Shown here: positions 51,201 through 64,000 of the stretch, piece by piece
Numbering within the stretch: the first letter of the stretch is position 1
How the letters are laid out: every line of letters starts with the position of its first letter
Origin: Eledone cirrhosa
Lineage: Eukaryota
Assembly (NCBI GenBank): GCA_964016885.1
Contig: CAXHJY010001211.1
Span: 1-64,000, forward strand
Direction of reading: 5' to 3'
DNA length: 64,000 nucleotides
Made by a program: the position numbers and the translations under genes
The notes under the pieces: model-generated
What the model was told of the DNA's origin: nothing
The model's database searches: none
The model's input: the letters and a program-made list of their open reading frames with translations, nothing else

Positions 51201-54200
51201 TAGGGCGAGAAGGGTTTACTTCAACACTGTTCCTGTGGTAGAACTGGGGAGAGAAGGGTTTACCACCACACAGTACCTGTGTTATTGGGGAGAGAAGGGT
51301 TTACTATAACATTGTTCTTGTGGTATTGGGGATAGAAGGATTTACTACAACACTATCCCTGTGTTATTGGGGAGAGAAAGGTTTACTACAACACTGTCCC
51401 TATGGTAGAACTGGGGAGAGAAGGGTTTACTAGAACACTGTCCCTGTATTATTGGGGAGAGAAGGTTTTACTAGAACACTGTCCCTGTGTTATTGGGGAG
51501 AGATGGGTTTACTACAACACTGTCCCTGTGGTATTGGGGAGAGAAGGGTTTACTACAACACTGTCCCTGTGGTATTGGGGAGAGAAGGGTTTACTACAAC
51601 ACTGTCGCCCTGGTAGAACTGGGAAGAGAATGGTTTACTTCAACACTGTCCCTGTGAGAGAACTTGGGAGAGAAGGGTTTACCACCACACAATCCCTGTG
51701 TTAGTGGGGAGAGAAGGGTTTACTACAACATTGTCCTTGTAGTATTGGGGAGAGAAGGATTTACTACAACATTGTTTGTGGTAGAACTTGGGAAAGAAGG
51801 GTTTACTACAACACTGTCCCTGTTTTATTGGGGAAATAAGGGTTTACTACAACAGTGTCCTTGTGGTATAATTTGGGATAGAAGTGTTTACTACAACACT
51901 GTCCCAATCGTAGAACTGGGGAGAGAAGGGTTTACCACAACACTGACCCTGAGTAAAACTTGGGAGAGAAGGGTTTACCACCATACTGTCCGTGTTATTG
52001 GGGAGAGAAGGGTTTATTACAACACTGTCCCTGTATTATTGGGTAGAGAAGGTTTTACTAGAACACTGTCCCTGTGTTATTGGGGAGAGAAGGGTTTATT
52101 ACAACACTGTCCCTCTGGTATTGGGGACAGAAGGGTTTACTACAACACTGTCCCTGTGGTATTGGGCAGATAGGGGTTTACTACAACACTGTCGTCCTGG
52201 TAGAACTGGGAAGAGAATGGTTTACTACAACATTGTCCCTGTGGTAGAACTGGGAAGGAAAGGTTTACTACAACACTGTCCCTGTATTATTGGGGAGCGA
52301 ATGTTTTACTAGAACACTGTCCCTGTGTTATTGGGGAGAGAAGGGTTTACTACAACACTGTCTCTGTGGTATTGGGGAGATAAGGGTTTACTACAACACT
52401 CCCTGTGGTATTGGAGAGAGAAGGGTTTACTACAACGCTGTCTCTGTGGTATTGGGGAGATAAGGGTTTACTACAACACTGTCCCTGTGGTATTGGAGAG
52501 AGAGGGTTTACTACAACACTGTTCCTGTGTTGTTATTGAGAGAAGGGTTTACTACCACACTGTCCCTGTTTTAGAACTAGGGAGAGAGGGTTTACTACAA
52601 CACTTTCCCTGTATTATTAGGGCGAGAAGGGTTTACTTCAACACTGTTCCTGTGGTAGAACTGGGGAGAGAAGGGTTTACTACAACACTGTCCCTATCGT
52701 AGAACTGGGGAGAGAAGCGTTTACTACAACACTGTCCCTATCGTAGAACTGGGGAGAGAAGGGTTTACCACAACACTGTCCCTGGGGTAAAACTGGCGAG
52801 AGAAGGGTTTACCACCATACTGTCCCTGTGTTATTGGGGAGAGAAGCGTTTACTACCACACTGTCCCTGTTGTAGAACTAGGGAGAGAGGGTTTACTAGA
52901 ACACTTTCCCTGTGTTATTAGGGCGAGAAGGGTTTACTACAACACTGTCCCTGTGGTAGAACTGGGGTGAGAAGGGTTTACTACAACACTGTCCCTGTGG
53001 TAGTGGGGAGAGAAGGCTTTACTACAACACTGTCCCTGTGGTAGTGGGGAGAGAAGGCTTTACTACAACACTGTCCCTGTGGTATTAGGGAGAGAAGGGT
53101 TTACTACAACACTGTCCCTGTGGTATTGGGAGAGGAGGGTTTACTACAACACTGTTCCTATGGTAGACTGGGGATAGAAACGTTTACTACAACACTGTCC
53201 CTGTGGTATTGGGAGAGGAGGGTATACTACAACACTGTTCCTATGGTAGAACTGGGGAGAGAAAGGTTTACTACAACACTGTCCCTGTGGTATTGGGAGA
53301 AAAGGGTTTATTACAACATTGTCCTTGTTTTATTGGGGAGAGAACGGTTTACTACAACACTGTCCACGTAGTATTGGGGAGAGAAGGGTTTACTAAAACA
53401 CTGTCCCTGTGGTATTGTGGAGAGATGAGTTTATTACACCCTGACCCTGTGGTAGAACTGGGAAGAGAAAGTTTTACTACAACACTGTCCCTGTGGTATT
53501 GGGAGAGAAGGGTTTACTACAACACCGTCCCTGTAGTAATGGGGAGAGAAGGGTTTACTACAACACTGTTTTGTGGTAGAACTGGGGAGAGAAGGGTTTA
53601 CCACCACACAGTACCTGTGTTATTGGGGAGAGAAGGGTTTACTACAACATTGTCCTTGTGGTATTGTGGAGAGAAGGATTTAATACAACACTATCCCTAT
53701 GGTAGAACTGGGAGGAGAAGGGTTTACTATAACACTGTCCCTGTATTAATGGGGAGAGAAGGTTTTACCAGAACACTGTCCCTGTGGTATTGGGGAGAAA
53801 AGGGTTTACCACCACACAGTCCCTGTGTTAGTGGGGAGAGAAGGGTTTACTACAACATTGTCCTTGAAGTATTGGGGAGAGAAGGATTTACTACAACATT
53901 GTCCCTGTGTTAGTGGGGAGAGAAGGGTTTACTACAACACTGTCCCTGTGGTATTAGTTAGAGGAGGGTTTACTACAACATTGTCCCTGTGGTAGAACTG
54001 GCGAGAGAAGGGTTTACTACCACACAGTCCCTGTGTTAATGGGGAGAGAAGGGTTTACTACAACACCGTCCCTGTGGTATTGGGGAGAGAAGGGTTTACT
54101 ACAACACTGTCCCTATCGTAGAACTGGGGAGAGAAGGGTTTACCACCACACAGTCCCTGTGTTAATGGGGAGAGAAGGGTTTACTACAACACTGTCCCTG

Positions 54201-57200
54201 TGGTAGAACTGGGGAGAGAAGGGTTTACTACAACACGGTCCCTGTGGTATTGGGTAGAGGAGGGTTTACTACAACACTGTCCCTGTGGTATTGGGTAGAG
54301 GAAGGTTTACTACAACACCGTCCCTGTTTTATTGGGGAGAGAGGGGTTTACTACAACACTGTCCCTGTTTTATTAGGGAGTGAAGGGTTTACTACAACAG
54401 TGTCCTTGTGGTATAATTTGGGATAGAAGTGTTTACTACAACACTGTCCCTATCGTAGAACTGGGGAGAGAATGGTTTACCACAACACTGTACCTGGGGT
54501 AAAACTGGGGAGAGAAGGGTTTACCACCATACTGTCCCTGTGTTATTGGGGAGAGAAGGGTTTACTACAACACTGTCCCTGTGGAATTGGGTAGAGGAGG
54601 GTTTACTACAACACTGTCCCTGTTTTATTGGGGAGAGAGGGGTTTACTACAACACTGCCCCTGTTTTATTGGGGAGTGAAGGGTTTACTACAACACTGTC
54701 CCTATCGTAGAACTGGGGAGAGAAGGGTTTACCACAACACTGTACCTGGGGTAAAACTGGGGAGAGAAGGGTTTACCACCATATTGTCCCTGTGTTATTG
54801 GGGAGAGAAGGGTTTACTACAACACGGTCCCTGTGGTATTGGGGAGAGAAAGGTTTACTACAACACTGTCTCTGTGGTATTGGGGAGATAAGGGTTTACT
54901 ACAACACTCCCTGTGGTAATGGGGAGAGAAGTGTGTACTACAACATTGTTCCTGTGTTGTTAGTCAGAGAAGGGTTTACTACCACACTCTCCCTGTTGTA
55001 GAACTAGGGAGAGAGGGTTTACTACAACACTTTCCTTGTGTTATTAGGGCGAGAAGGGTTTACTTCAACACTGTTCCTGTGGTAGAACTGGGGAGAGAAG
55101 GGTTTACCACCACACAGTACCTGTGTTATTGGGGAGAGAAGGGTTTACTACAACATTGTCCTTGTGGTATTGTGGAGAGAAGGATTTAATACAACACTAT
55201 CCCTATGGTAGAACTGGGAGGAGAAGGGTTTACTATAACACTGTCCCTGTATTAATGGGGAGAGAAGGTTTTACCAGAACACTGTCCCTGTGGTATTGGG
55301 GAGAAAAGGGTTTACCACCACACAGTCCCTGTGTTAGTGGGGAGAGAAGGGTTTACTACAACATTGTCCTTGAAGTATTGGGGAGAGAAGGATTTACTAC
55401 AACATTGTCCCTGTGTTAGTGGGGAGAGAAGGGTTTACTACAACACTGTCCCTGTGGTATTAGTTAGAGGAGGGTTTACTACAACATTGTCCCTGTGGTA
55501 GAACTGGCGAGAGAAGGGTTTACTACCACACAGTCCCTGTGTTAATGGGGAGAGAAGGGTTTACTACAACACCGTCCCTGTGGTATTGGGGAGAGAAGGG
55601 TTTACTACAACACTGTCCCTATCGTAGAACTGGGGAGAGAAGGGTTTACCACCACACAGTCCCTGTTTTAATGGGGAGAGAAGGGTTTACTACAACACTG
55701 TCCCTGTGGTAGAACTGGGGAGAGAAGGGTTTACTACAACACGGTCCCTGTGGTATTGGGTAGAGGAGGGTTTACTACAACACTGTCCCTGTGGTATTGG
55801 GTAGAGGAAGGTTTACTACAACACCGTCCCTGTTTTATTGGGGAGAGAGGGGTTTACTACAACACTGTCCCTGTTTTATTAGGGAGTGAAGGGTTTACTA
55901 CAACAGTGTCCTTGTGGTATAATTTGGGATAGAAGTGTTTACTACAACACTGTCCCTATCGTAGAACTGGGGAGAGAATGGTTTACCACAACACTGTACC
56001 TGGGGTAAAACTGGGGAGAGAAGGGTTTACCACCATACTGTCCCTGTGTTATTGGGGAGAGAAGGGTTTACTACAACACTGTCCCTGTGGTATTGGGTAG
56101 AGGAGGGTTTACTACAACACTGTCCCTGTTTTATTGGGGAGAGAGGGGTTTACTACAACACTGCCCCTGTTTTATTGGGGAGTGAAGGGTTTACTACAAC
56201 ACTGTCCCTATCGTAGAACTGGGGAGAGAAGGGTTTACCACAACACTGTACCTGGGGTAAAACTGGGGAGAGAAGGGTTTACCACCATATTGTCCCTGTG
56301 TTATTGGGGAGAGAAGGGTTTACTACAACACGGTCCCTGTGGTATTGGGGAGAGAAAGGTTTACTACAACACTGTCTCTGTGGTATTGGGGAGATAAGGG
56401 TTTACTACAACACTCCCTGTGGTAATGGGGAGAGAAGTGTGTACTACAACATTGTTCCTGTGTTGTTAGTCAGAGAAGGGTTTACTACCACACTCTCCCT
56501 GTTGTAGAACTAGGGAGAGAGGGTTTACTACAACACTTTCCTTGTGTTATTAGGGCGAGAAGGGTTTACTTCAACACTGTTCCTGTGGTAGAACTGGGGA
56601 GAGAAGGGTTTACCACCACACAGTACCTGTGTTATTGGGGAGAGAAGGGTTTACTATAACATTGTCCTCGTGGTATTGGGGATAGAAGGATTTACTACAA
56701 CACTATCCCTGTGTTATTGGGGAGAGAAAGGTTTACTACAACACTGTCCCTGTATTATTGGGGAGAGAAGGTTTTACTAGAACACTGTCCCTGTGTTATT
56801 GGGGAGAGATGGGTTTACTACAACACTGTCCCTGTGGTATTGGGGAGAGAAGGGTTTACTACAACACTGTCCCTGTGGTATTGGGGAGAGAAGGGTTTAC
56901 TACAACACTGTCGCCCTGGTAGAACTGGGAAGAGAATGGTTTACTTCAACACTGTCCCTGTGAGAGAACTGGGGAGAGAAGGGTTTACCACCACACAATC
57001 CCTGTGTTAGTGGGGAGAGAAGGGTTTACTACAACATTGTCCTTGTAGTATTGGGGAGAGAAGGATTTACTACAACATTGTTTGTTGTAGAACTTGGGAG
57101 AGAAGGGTTTACTACAACACTGTCCCTGTTTTATTGGGGAGAGAGGGGTTTACTACAACACTGTCCCTATTTTGTTGGGGAAATAAGGGTTTACTACAAC

Positions 57201-60200
57201 AGTGTCCTTGTGGTATAATTTGGGATAGAAGTGTTTACTACAACACTGTCCCAATCGTAGAACTGGGGAGAGAAGGGTTTACCACAACACTGTCCCTGGG
57301 GTAAAACTTGGGAGAGAAGGGTTTACCACCATACTGTCCGTGTTATTTGGGAGAGAAGGGTTTACTACAACACTGTCCCTGTATTATTGGGTAGAGAAGG
57401 GTTTACTACAACACTGTCCCTCTGGTATTGGGGACAGAAGGGTTTACTACAACACTGTCCCTGTGGTATTGGGCAGATAAGGGTTTACTACAACACTGTC
57501 GTCCTGGTAGAACTGGGAAGAGAATGGTTTACTACAACATTGTCCCTGTGGTAGAACTGGGAAGAGAAAGGTTTACTACAACACTGTCCCTGTATTATTG
57601 GTGAGCGAAGGTTTTACTAGAACACTGTCCCTGTGTTATTGGGGAGAGAAGGGTTTACTACAACACTGTCTCTGTGGTATTGGGGAGATAAGGGTTTACT
57701 ACAACACTCCCTGTGGTATTGGAGAGAGAGGGTTTACTACAACACTGTTCCTGTGTTGTTATTGAGAGAAGGGTTTACTACCACACTGTCCCTGTTTTAG
57801 AACTAGGGAGAGAGGGTTTACTACAACACTTTCCCTGTATTATTAGGGCGAGAAGGGTTTACTTCAACAGTGTCCTTGTGGTATAATTTGGGATAGAAGT
57901 GTTTACTACAACACTGTCCCTATCGTAGAACTGGGGAGAGAATGGTTTACCACAACACTGTACCTGGGGTAAAACTGGGGAGAGAAGGGTTTACCACCAT
58001 ACTGTCCCTGTGTTATTGGGGAGAGAAGGGTTTACTACAACACTGTCCCTGTGGTATTGGGTAGAGGAGGGTTTACTACAACACTGTCCCTGTTTTATTG
58101 GGGAGAGAGGGGTTTACTACAACACTGCCCCTGTTTTATTGGGGAGTGAAGGGTTTACTACAACACTGTCCCTATCGTAGAACTGGGGAGAGAAGGGTTT
58201 ACCACAACACTGTACCTGGGGTAAAACTGGGGAGAGAAGGGTTTACCACCATATTGTCCCTGTGTTATTGGGGAGAGAAGGGTTTACTACAACACGGTCC
58301 CTGTGGTATTGGGGAGAGAAAGGTTTACTACAACACTGTCTCTGTGGTATTGGGGAGATAAGGGTTTACTACAACACTCCCTGTGGTAATGGGGAGAGAA
58401 GTGTGTACTACAACATTGTTCCTGTGTTGTTAGTCAGAGAAGGGTTTACTACCACACTCTCCCTGTTGTAGAACTAGGGAGAGAGGGTTTACTACAACAC
58501 TTTCCTTGTGTTATTAGGGCGAGAAGGGTTTACTTCAACACTGTTCCTGTGGTAGAACTGGGGAGAGAAGGGTTTACCACCACACAGTACCTGTGTTATT
58601 GGGGAGAGAAGGGTTTACTATAACATTGTCCTCGTGGTATTGGGGATAGAAGGATTTACTACAACACTATCCCTGTGTTATTGGGGAGAGAAAGGTTTAC
58701 TACAACACTGTCCCTGTATTATTGGGGAGAGAAGGTTTTACTAGAACACTGTCCCTGTGTTATTGGGGAGAGATGGGTTTACTACAACACTGTCCCTGTG
58801 GTATTGGGGAGAGAAGGGTTTACTACAACACTGTCCCTGTGGTATTGGGGAGAGAAGGGTTTACTACAACACTGTCGCCCTGGTAGAACTGGGAAGAGAA
58901 TGGTTTACTTCAACACTGTCCCTGTGAGAGAACTGGGGAGAGAAGGGTTTACCACCACACAATCCCTGTGTTAGTGGGGAGAGAAGGGTTTACTACAACA
59001 TTGTCCTTGTAGTATTGGGGAGAGAAGGATTTACTACAACATTGTTCGTGGTAGAACTTGGGAGAGAAGGGTTTACTACAACACTGTCCCTGTTTTATTG
59101 GGGAGAGAGGGGTTTACTACAACACTGTCCCTATTTTGTTGGGGAAATAAGGGTTTACTACAACAGTGTCCTTGTGGTATAATTTGGGATAGAAGTGTTT
59201 ACTACAACACTGTCCCAATCGTAGAACTGGGGAGAGAAGGGTTTACCACAACACTGTCCCTGGGGTAAAACTTGGGAGAGAAGGGTTTACCACCATACTG
59301 TCCGTGTTATTTGGGAGAGAAGGGTTTACTACAACACTGTCCCTGTATTATTGGGTAGAGAAGGGTTTACTACAACACTGTCCCTCTGGTATTGGGGACA
59401 GAAGGGTTTACTACAACACTGTCCCTGTGGTATTGGGCAGATAAGGGTTTACTACAACACTGTCGTCCTGGTAGAACTGGGAAGAGAATGGTTTACTACA
59501 ACATTGTCCCTGTGGTAGAACTGGGAAGAGAAAGGTTTACTACAACACTGTCCCTGTATTATTGGTGAGCGAAGGTTTTACTAGAACACTGTCCCTGTGT
59601 TATTGGGGAGAGAAGGGTTTACTACAACACTGTCTCTGTGGTATTGGGGAGATAAGGGTTTACTACAACACTCCCTGTGGTATTGGAGAGAGAGGGTTTA
59701 CTACAACACTGTTCCTGTGTTGTTATTGAGAGAAGGGTTTACTACCACACTGTCCCTGTTTTAGAACTAGGGAGAGAGGGTTTACTACAACACTTTCCCT
59801 GTATTATTAGGGCGAGAAGGGTTTACTTCAACACTGTTCCTGTGGTAGAACTGGGGAGAGAAGGGTTTACCACCACACAGTACCTGTGTTATTGGGGAGA
59901 GAAGGGTTTTCTACAACATTGTCCTTGTGGTATTGGGGATAGAAGGATTTACTACAACACTATCCCTGTGTTATTGGGGAGAGAAGGGTTTACTACAACA
60001 CTGTCCCTATGGTAGAACTGGGGAGAGAAGCGTTTACTAGAACACTGTCCCTGTGGTATTGGGGAGAGAAGGGTTTACTAAAACACTGTCCCTGTGGTAT
60101 TGGGGATAGAAGGGTTTACTACAACACTGTCCCTGTGGCAATGGGGAGAGAAGGGTTTACTACAACACTGTCCCTGTGGTATTGGGGAGAGAAGGGTTTA

Positions 60201-63200
60201 CTACAACACTGTCCCTGTGGTATTGGGGAGATAGGGGTTTACTACAACACTGTCGCCCTGGTAGAACTGGGAAGAGAATGGTTTACTACAACACAGTCCC
60301 TGTGGTAGAACTGGAGAGAGAAGGGTTTACCACCACACAGTCCCTGTGTTAGTGGGGAGAGAAGGGTTTACTACAACATTGTCCCTGTGGTAGAACTGGG
60401 GAGAGAAGGGTTTACCACCACACAGTCCCTGTGTTAATGGGGAGAGAAGGGTTTACTACAACACCGTCCCTGTGGTATTGGGGAGAGAAGTGTTTACTAC
60501 AACACTGTCCCTGTGGTAGAACTGGGGAGAGAAGGGTTTACTACAACACTGTCCTTGTGGTATTGGCGAGAGAAGGGTTTATTACAACACTGTCCCTGTG
60601 GTATTGGGGAGCTAGGGGTTTACTACAACACTGTCCTTGTGGTAGAACTGGGAAGAGAATGGTTTACTACAACACAGTCCCTGTGGTAGAACTGGGAAGA
60701 GAATGGTTTACTACAACACAGTCCCTGTGGTAGAACTGGGAAGAGAAAGGTTTACTACAACACTGTCCCTGTGGGAGAACTGGGGTGAGAAGGGTTTACC
60801 ACCACACAGTCCCTGTGTTAGTGGGGAGAGAAGGGTTTACTACTACATTGTCCTTGAAGTATTGGGGAGAGAAGGATTTACTACGACATTGTCCCTGTGT
60901 TAGTGGGGAGAGAAGGGTTTACTACAACACTGTCCCTGTGGTATTAGTTAGAGGAGGGTTTACTACAACATTGTCCCTGTGGTAGAACTGGGGAGAGAAG
61001 GGTTTACCACCACACAGTCCCTGTGTTAATGGGGAGAGAAGGGTTTACTACAACACCGTCCCTATGGCATTGAGGAGAGAAGGGTTTACTACAACACTGT
61101 CCCTGTGGAAGAACTGGGGAGAGAAGAGTTTACTACAACACTGTCCCTGTGGTATTGTGTAGAGGAGGGTTTACTACAACACTGTCCCTGTTTTATTGGG
61201 GAGAGAGGGGTTTACTACCACACTGTCCCTATCGTAGAACTGGGGAGAGAAGGGTTTACCACAACACTGTACCTGGGGTAAAACTGGGGAGAGGAGGGTT
61301 TACCACCATACTGTCCCTGTGTTATTGGGGAGAGAAGGGTTTACTACAACACGGTCCCTGTGGTATTGGGGAGAGAATGGTTTACTACAACACTGTCTCT
61401 GTGGTATTGGGGAGCTAAGGGTTTACTACAACACTCCCTGTGGTATTGGAGAGAGAAGTGTGTACTACAACACTGTTCCTGTGTTGCTAGTGAGAGAAGG
61501 GTTTACTACCACACTGTCCCTGTTGTAGAACTAGGGAGAGAGGGTTTACTACCACACTTTCCCTGTGTTATTAGGGCGAGAAGGGTTTACTTCAACACTT
61601 TTCCTGTGGTAGAACTGGGGAGAGAAGGGTTTACCACCACACAGTACCTGTGTTATTGGGGAGAGAAGGGTTTACTACAACATTGTCCTTGTGGTATTGG
61701 GGATAGAAGGATTTACTACAACACTATCCCTGTGTTATTGGGGAGAGAAGGGTTTACAACACTGTCCCTGTATTATTGGGGAGAGAAGGTTTTACTAGAA
61801 CACTGTCCCTGTGGTATTGGGGAGAGAAGGGTTTACTACAACACTGTCGTCCTGGTAGAACTGGGAAGAGAATGCTTTACTACAACACCATCCCAGTGGT
61901 AGAACTGGGAAGAGAAAGGTATACTACAACACTGTCCCTGTGGGATAACTGGGGAGAGAAGAGTTTACTACAACACTGTCCCTGTGGGAGAACTGGGGAG
62001 AGAAGGGTTTACCACCACACAGTCCCTGTGTTAGTGGAGAGAGAAGGATTTACTACAACATTGTCCTTGTAGTATTGGGGAGAGAAGGATTTACTACAAC
62101 ATTGTCCCTGTGGTATTGGGGAGATAAGGGTTTACTACAACACTGTCGCCCTGGTAGAACTGGGAAGAGAATGGTTTACTACAACACTGTCCCTGTGGTA
62201 GAACTGGGAAGAGAAAGGTTTACTACAACACTGTCCCTGTGGGAGAACTGGGGAGAGAAGGGTTTACTACAACACTGTCCCTGTGGGAGAACTGGGGAGA
62301 GAAGGGTTTACCACCACACAGTCCCTGTGTTAGTGGAGAGAGAAGGGTTTACTACAACATTGTCCTTGTAGTATTGGGGAGAGAAGGGTTTACTACAACA
62401 CTGTCTTTGTGGTATTAGGTAGAGGAGGGTTTACTACAACACTTCCCCTGTTTTATTGGGGAGAGAAGGGTTTACTTCAACACTGTTCCTGTGGTAGAAC
62501 TGGGGAGAGAATGGTTTACTACAACACTGTTCCTGTAGTATCGGGGAGAGAAAGGTTTACCACCACACTGTCCCTGTGTTATTGGGGAGAGAAGGGTTTA
62601 CTACAACATTGTCCTTGTGGTATTGGGGAGAGAAGGGCTTACTACAACACTGTCCCTGTGCTATTGGGGAGAGCATGGTTTACTGCAACACTGTCCCTGT
62701 CGTATTAGGGAGAGAAAGGTTAACTACAACACTGTCCCTTAGCTATTGGGGAGAGCAGTGTTTACTACAACACTGTCCCTTTGTTATTGGGGAGAGTAGG
62801 GTTTACTACAACATTGTCCTTGTGGTATTGGGGAAAGAAGGGCTTACTACAACGCTGTCTTTATGGTAGAACTGGGGTGAGAAGTGTTTACAACAACACA
62901 GTCCCTGTGTTATTGGGGCTTGAAGGGTTTACTACAACACTGTCCCTGTGGTATTGGGGAGAGGAGGGTTTACTACAACACTGTCCCTGTGGTATTGGGG
63001 AGAGGTGGGTTTACTACAACACTGTCCCTGTGGTATTGGGGAGAGAAGGGTTTACTACAACACTGTCCCTGTGGTATTGAGGAGAGAAGGGTTTACAACA
63101 CTGTCCCTGTGGTATTGGGGAGAAAAGGGTTTACTACAACACTGTCCCTTTGGTAGAACTGGGCTGAGAAGTGTTTACTACAACAATGTCCCTGTCGTAT

Positions 63201-63528
63201 TGGGGAGAGAAGGGTTTACAACACTGTCCCTGGGGAGAGAAGGGTTTACTACAACACTGTCCCTGTGTTATTGGGGAGAGATGGCTTTACTACACCACGG
63301 TCCCTTTGGTTTTGGGGAGAGAAGGGTTTACAACAACACTGTCCCTGTTTTATTGTGGAGAGAAGGGTTTACTACAACACCGACCCTGTGTTAGAAATGG
63401 GGAGAGAAGGGTTTACTACAACACTGTCCCTGTGTTATTGGGGAGAGAAGGTTTTACTACAACACTGTCCCTGTGGTATTGGGGAGAGATGGGTTTATTA
63501 CACACTGACCCTGTGGTATTGGGGAGAG
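42206..63528. repeat. 41/44-bp satellite (GGGGAGAGAAGGGTTTACTACAACACTGTCCCTGTGGTATT, or ...GTGGTAGAACT), ~500 copies with higher-order duplications
   Basis: Unit read directly; identical ORF strings recur at offsets 4990, 1506 and 1964 bp. Confidence 0.98.
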
Positions 63529-63627
63529 GTATTGTTACTGTAAGGGAACTATGGACCAAACTTTCATAGAAATAAAAACAGTTGCGGAATTAAAGAACTT
63601 GTAAATCTCAGAAAGATGTTTAAAATA

Positions 63628-63830
63628 TGGTAATAGGTTAGTGTATTTTAGTAATAGGTTATAGTGTAGTTTAGTAATATGTACTGTAGTATGTTACTGT
63701 AGGTTAGTAATATGTTTAGTTTAGTAATGTGTTACTGTGGTTTAGTAATACGTTACTGTGTTACTGTAGTTTAGCAATAGTATAATAATATTACTGTAGT
63801 TTAGTAATATGATACCTTGTTAATATGTCA
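63628..63830. repeat. Degenerate AT-rich ~20-bp tandem repeat (TAGTAATATGTTACTGTAGTT-like)
   Basis: Direct reading. Confidence 0.7.
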
Positions 63831-64000
63831 TCCCTGATAGGGTAGTGGCGGCAGAGTCCTCAAACACTCCCTCCAGCAGGTCCTGTCAAACACAACCGTT
63901 TTCAGTTGACCTGGGTGGATCCCCAAACGAGACCTGTCTATCTCATGAATGTTATCCAACCATCTTGCTTGGAGTCTTACCCTGGGTATCCTCAGCTATT

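Noticed and set aside
42524-63569. Many GREGFTTTLSLW-type ORFs, and a CRISPR-like regular periodicity
   Set aside because: Satellite translations; monomers abut with no unique spacers and there are no cas genes

Overview
Eukaryotic, gene-free, repeat-dominated window. The tRNA-type SINE family and the TA/TATG microsatellites suggest an octopus or other cephalopod genome (inference). Two large satellites bracket it: a 37-bp pyrimidine-rich satellite (1-12270, ~5.3-kb higher-order period) and a 41/44-bp satellite (42206-63528, with nested 4990-, 1506- and 1964-bp duplications). Nearly all ORFs in the supplied track are artefacts of these repeats. The only real protein-coding unit is a Penelope-like retroelement (RT + C-terminal GIY-YIG, Naiad-type Cys motifs). 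It is present as two near-identical head-to-head copies forming an ~8.4-kb palindrome (21827-30227) inserted in a (TA)n/(TATG)n microsatellite. Each copy has a different single lesion (TGG->TAG in one, +1 A in the other). Each pseudo-LTR carries a type I hammerhead ribozyme motif with a minimal palindromic stem III and an ~88-nt branched stem II. The rest is SINEs, RTE/CR1/CRE LINE fragments, a hAT MITE, Helitron-end-like palindromes, a fold-back hairpin and a SINE-derived 56-bp minisatellite.
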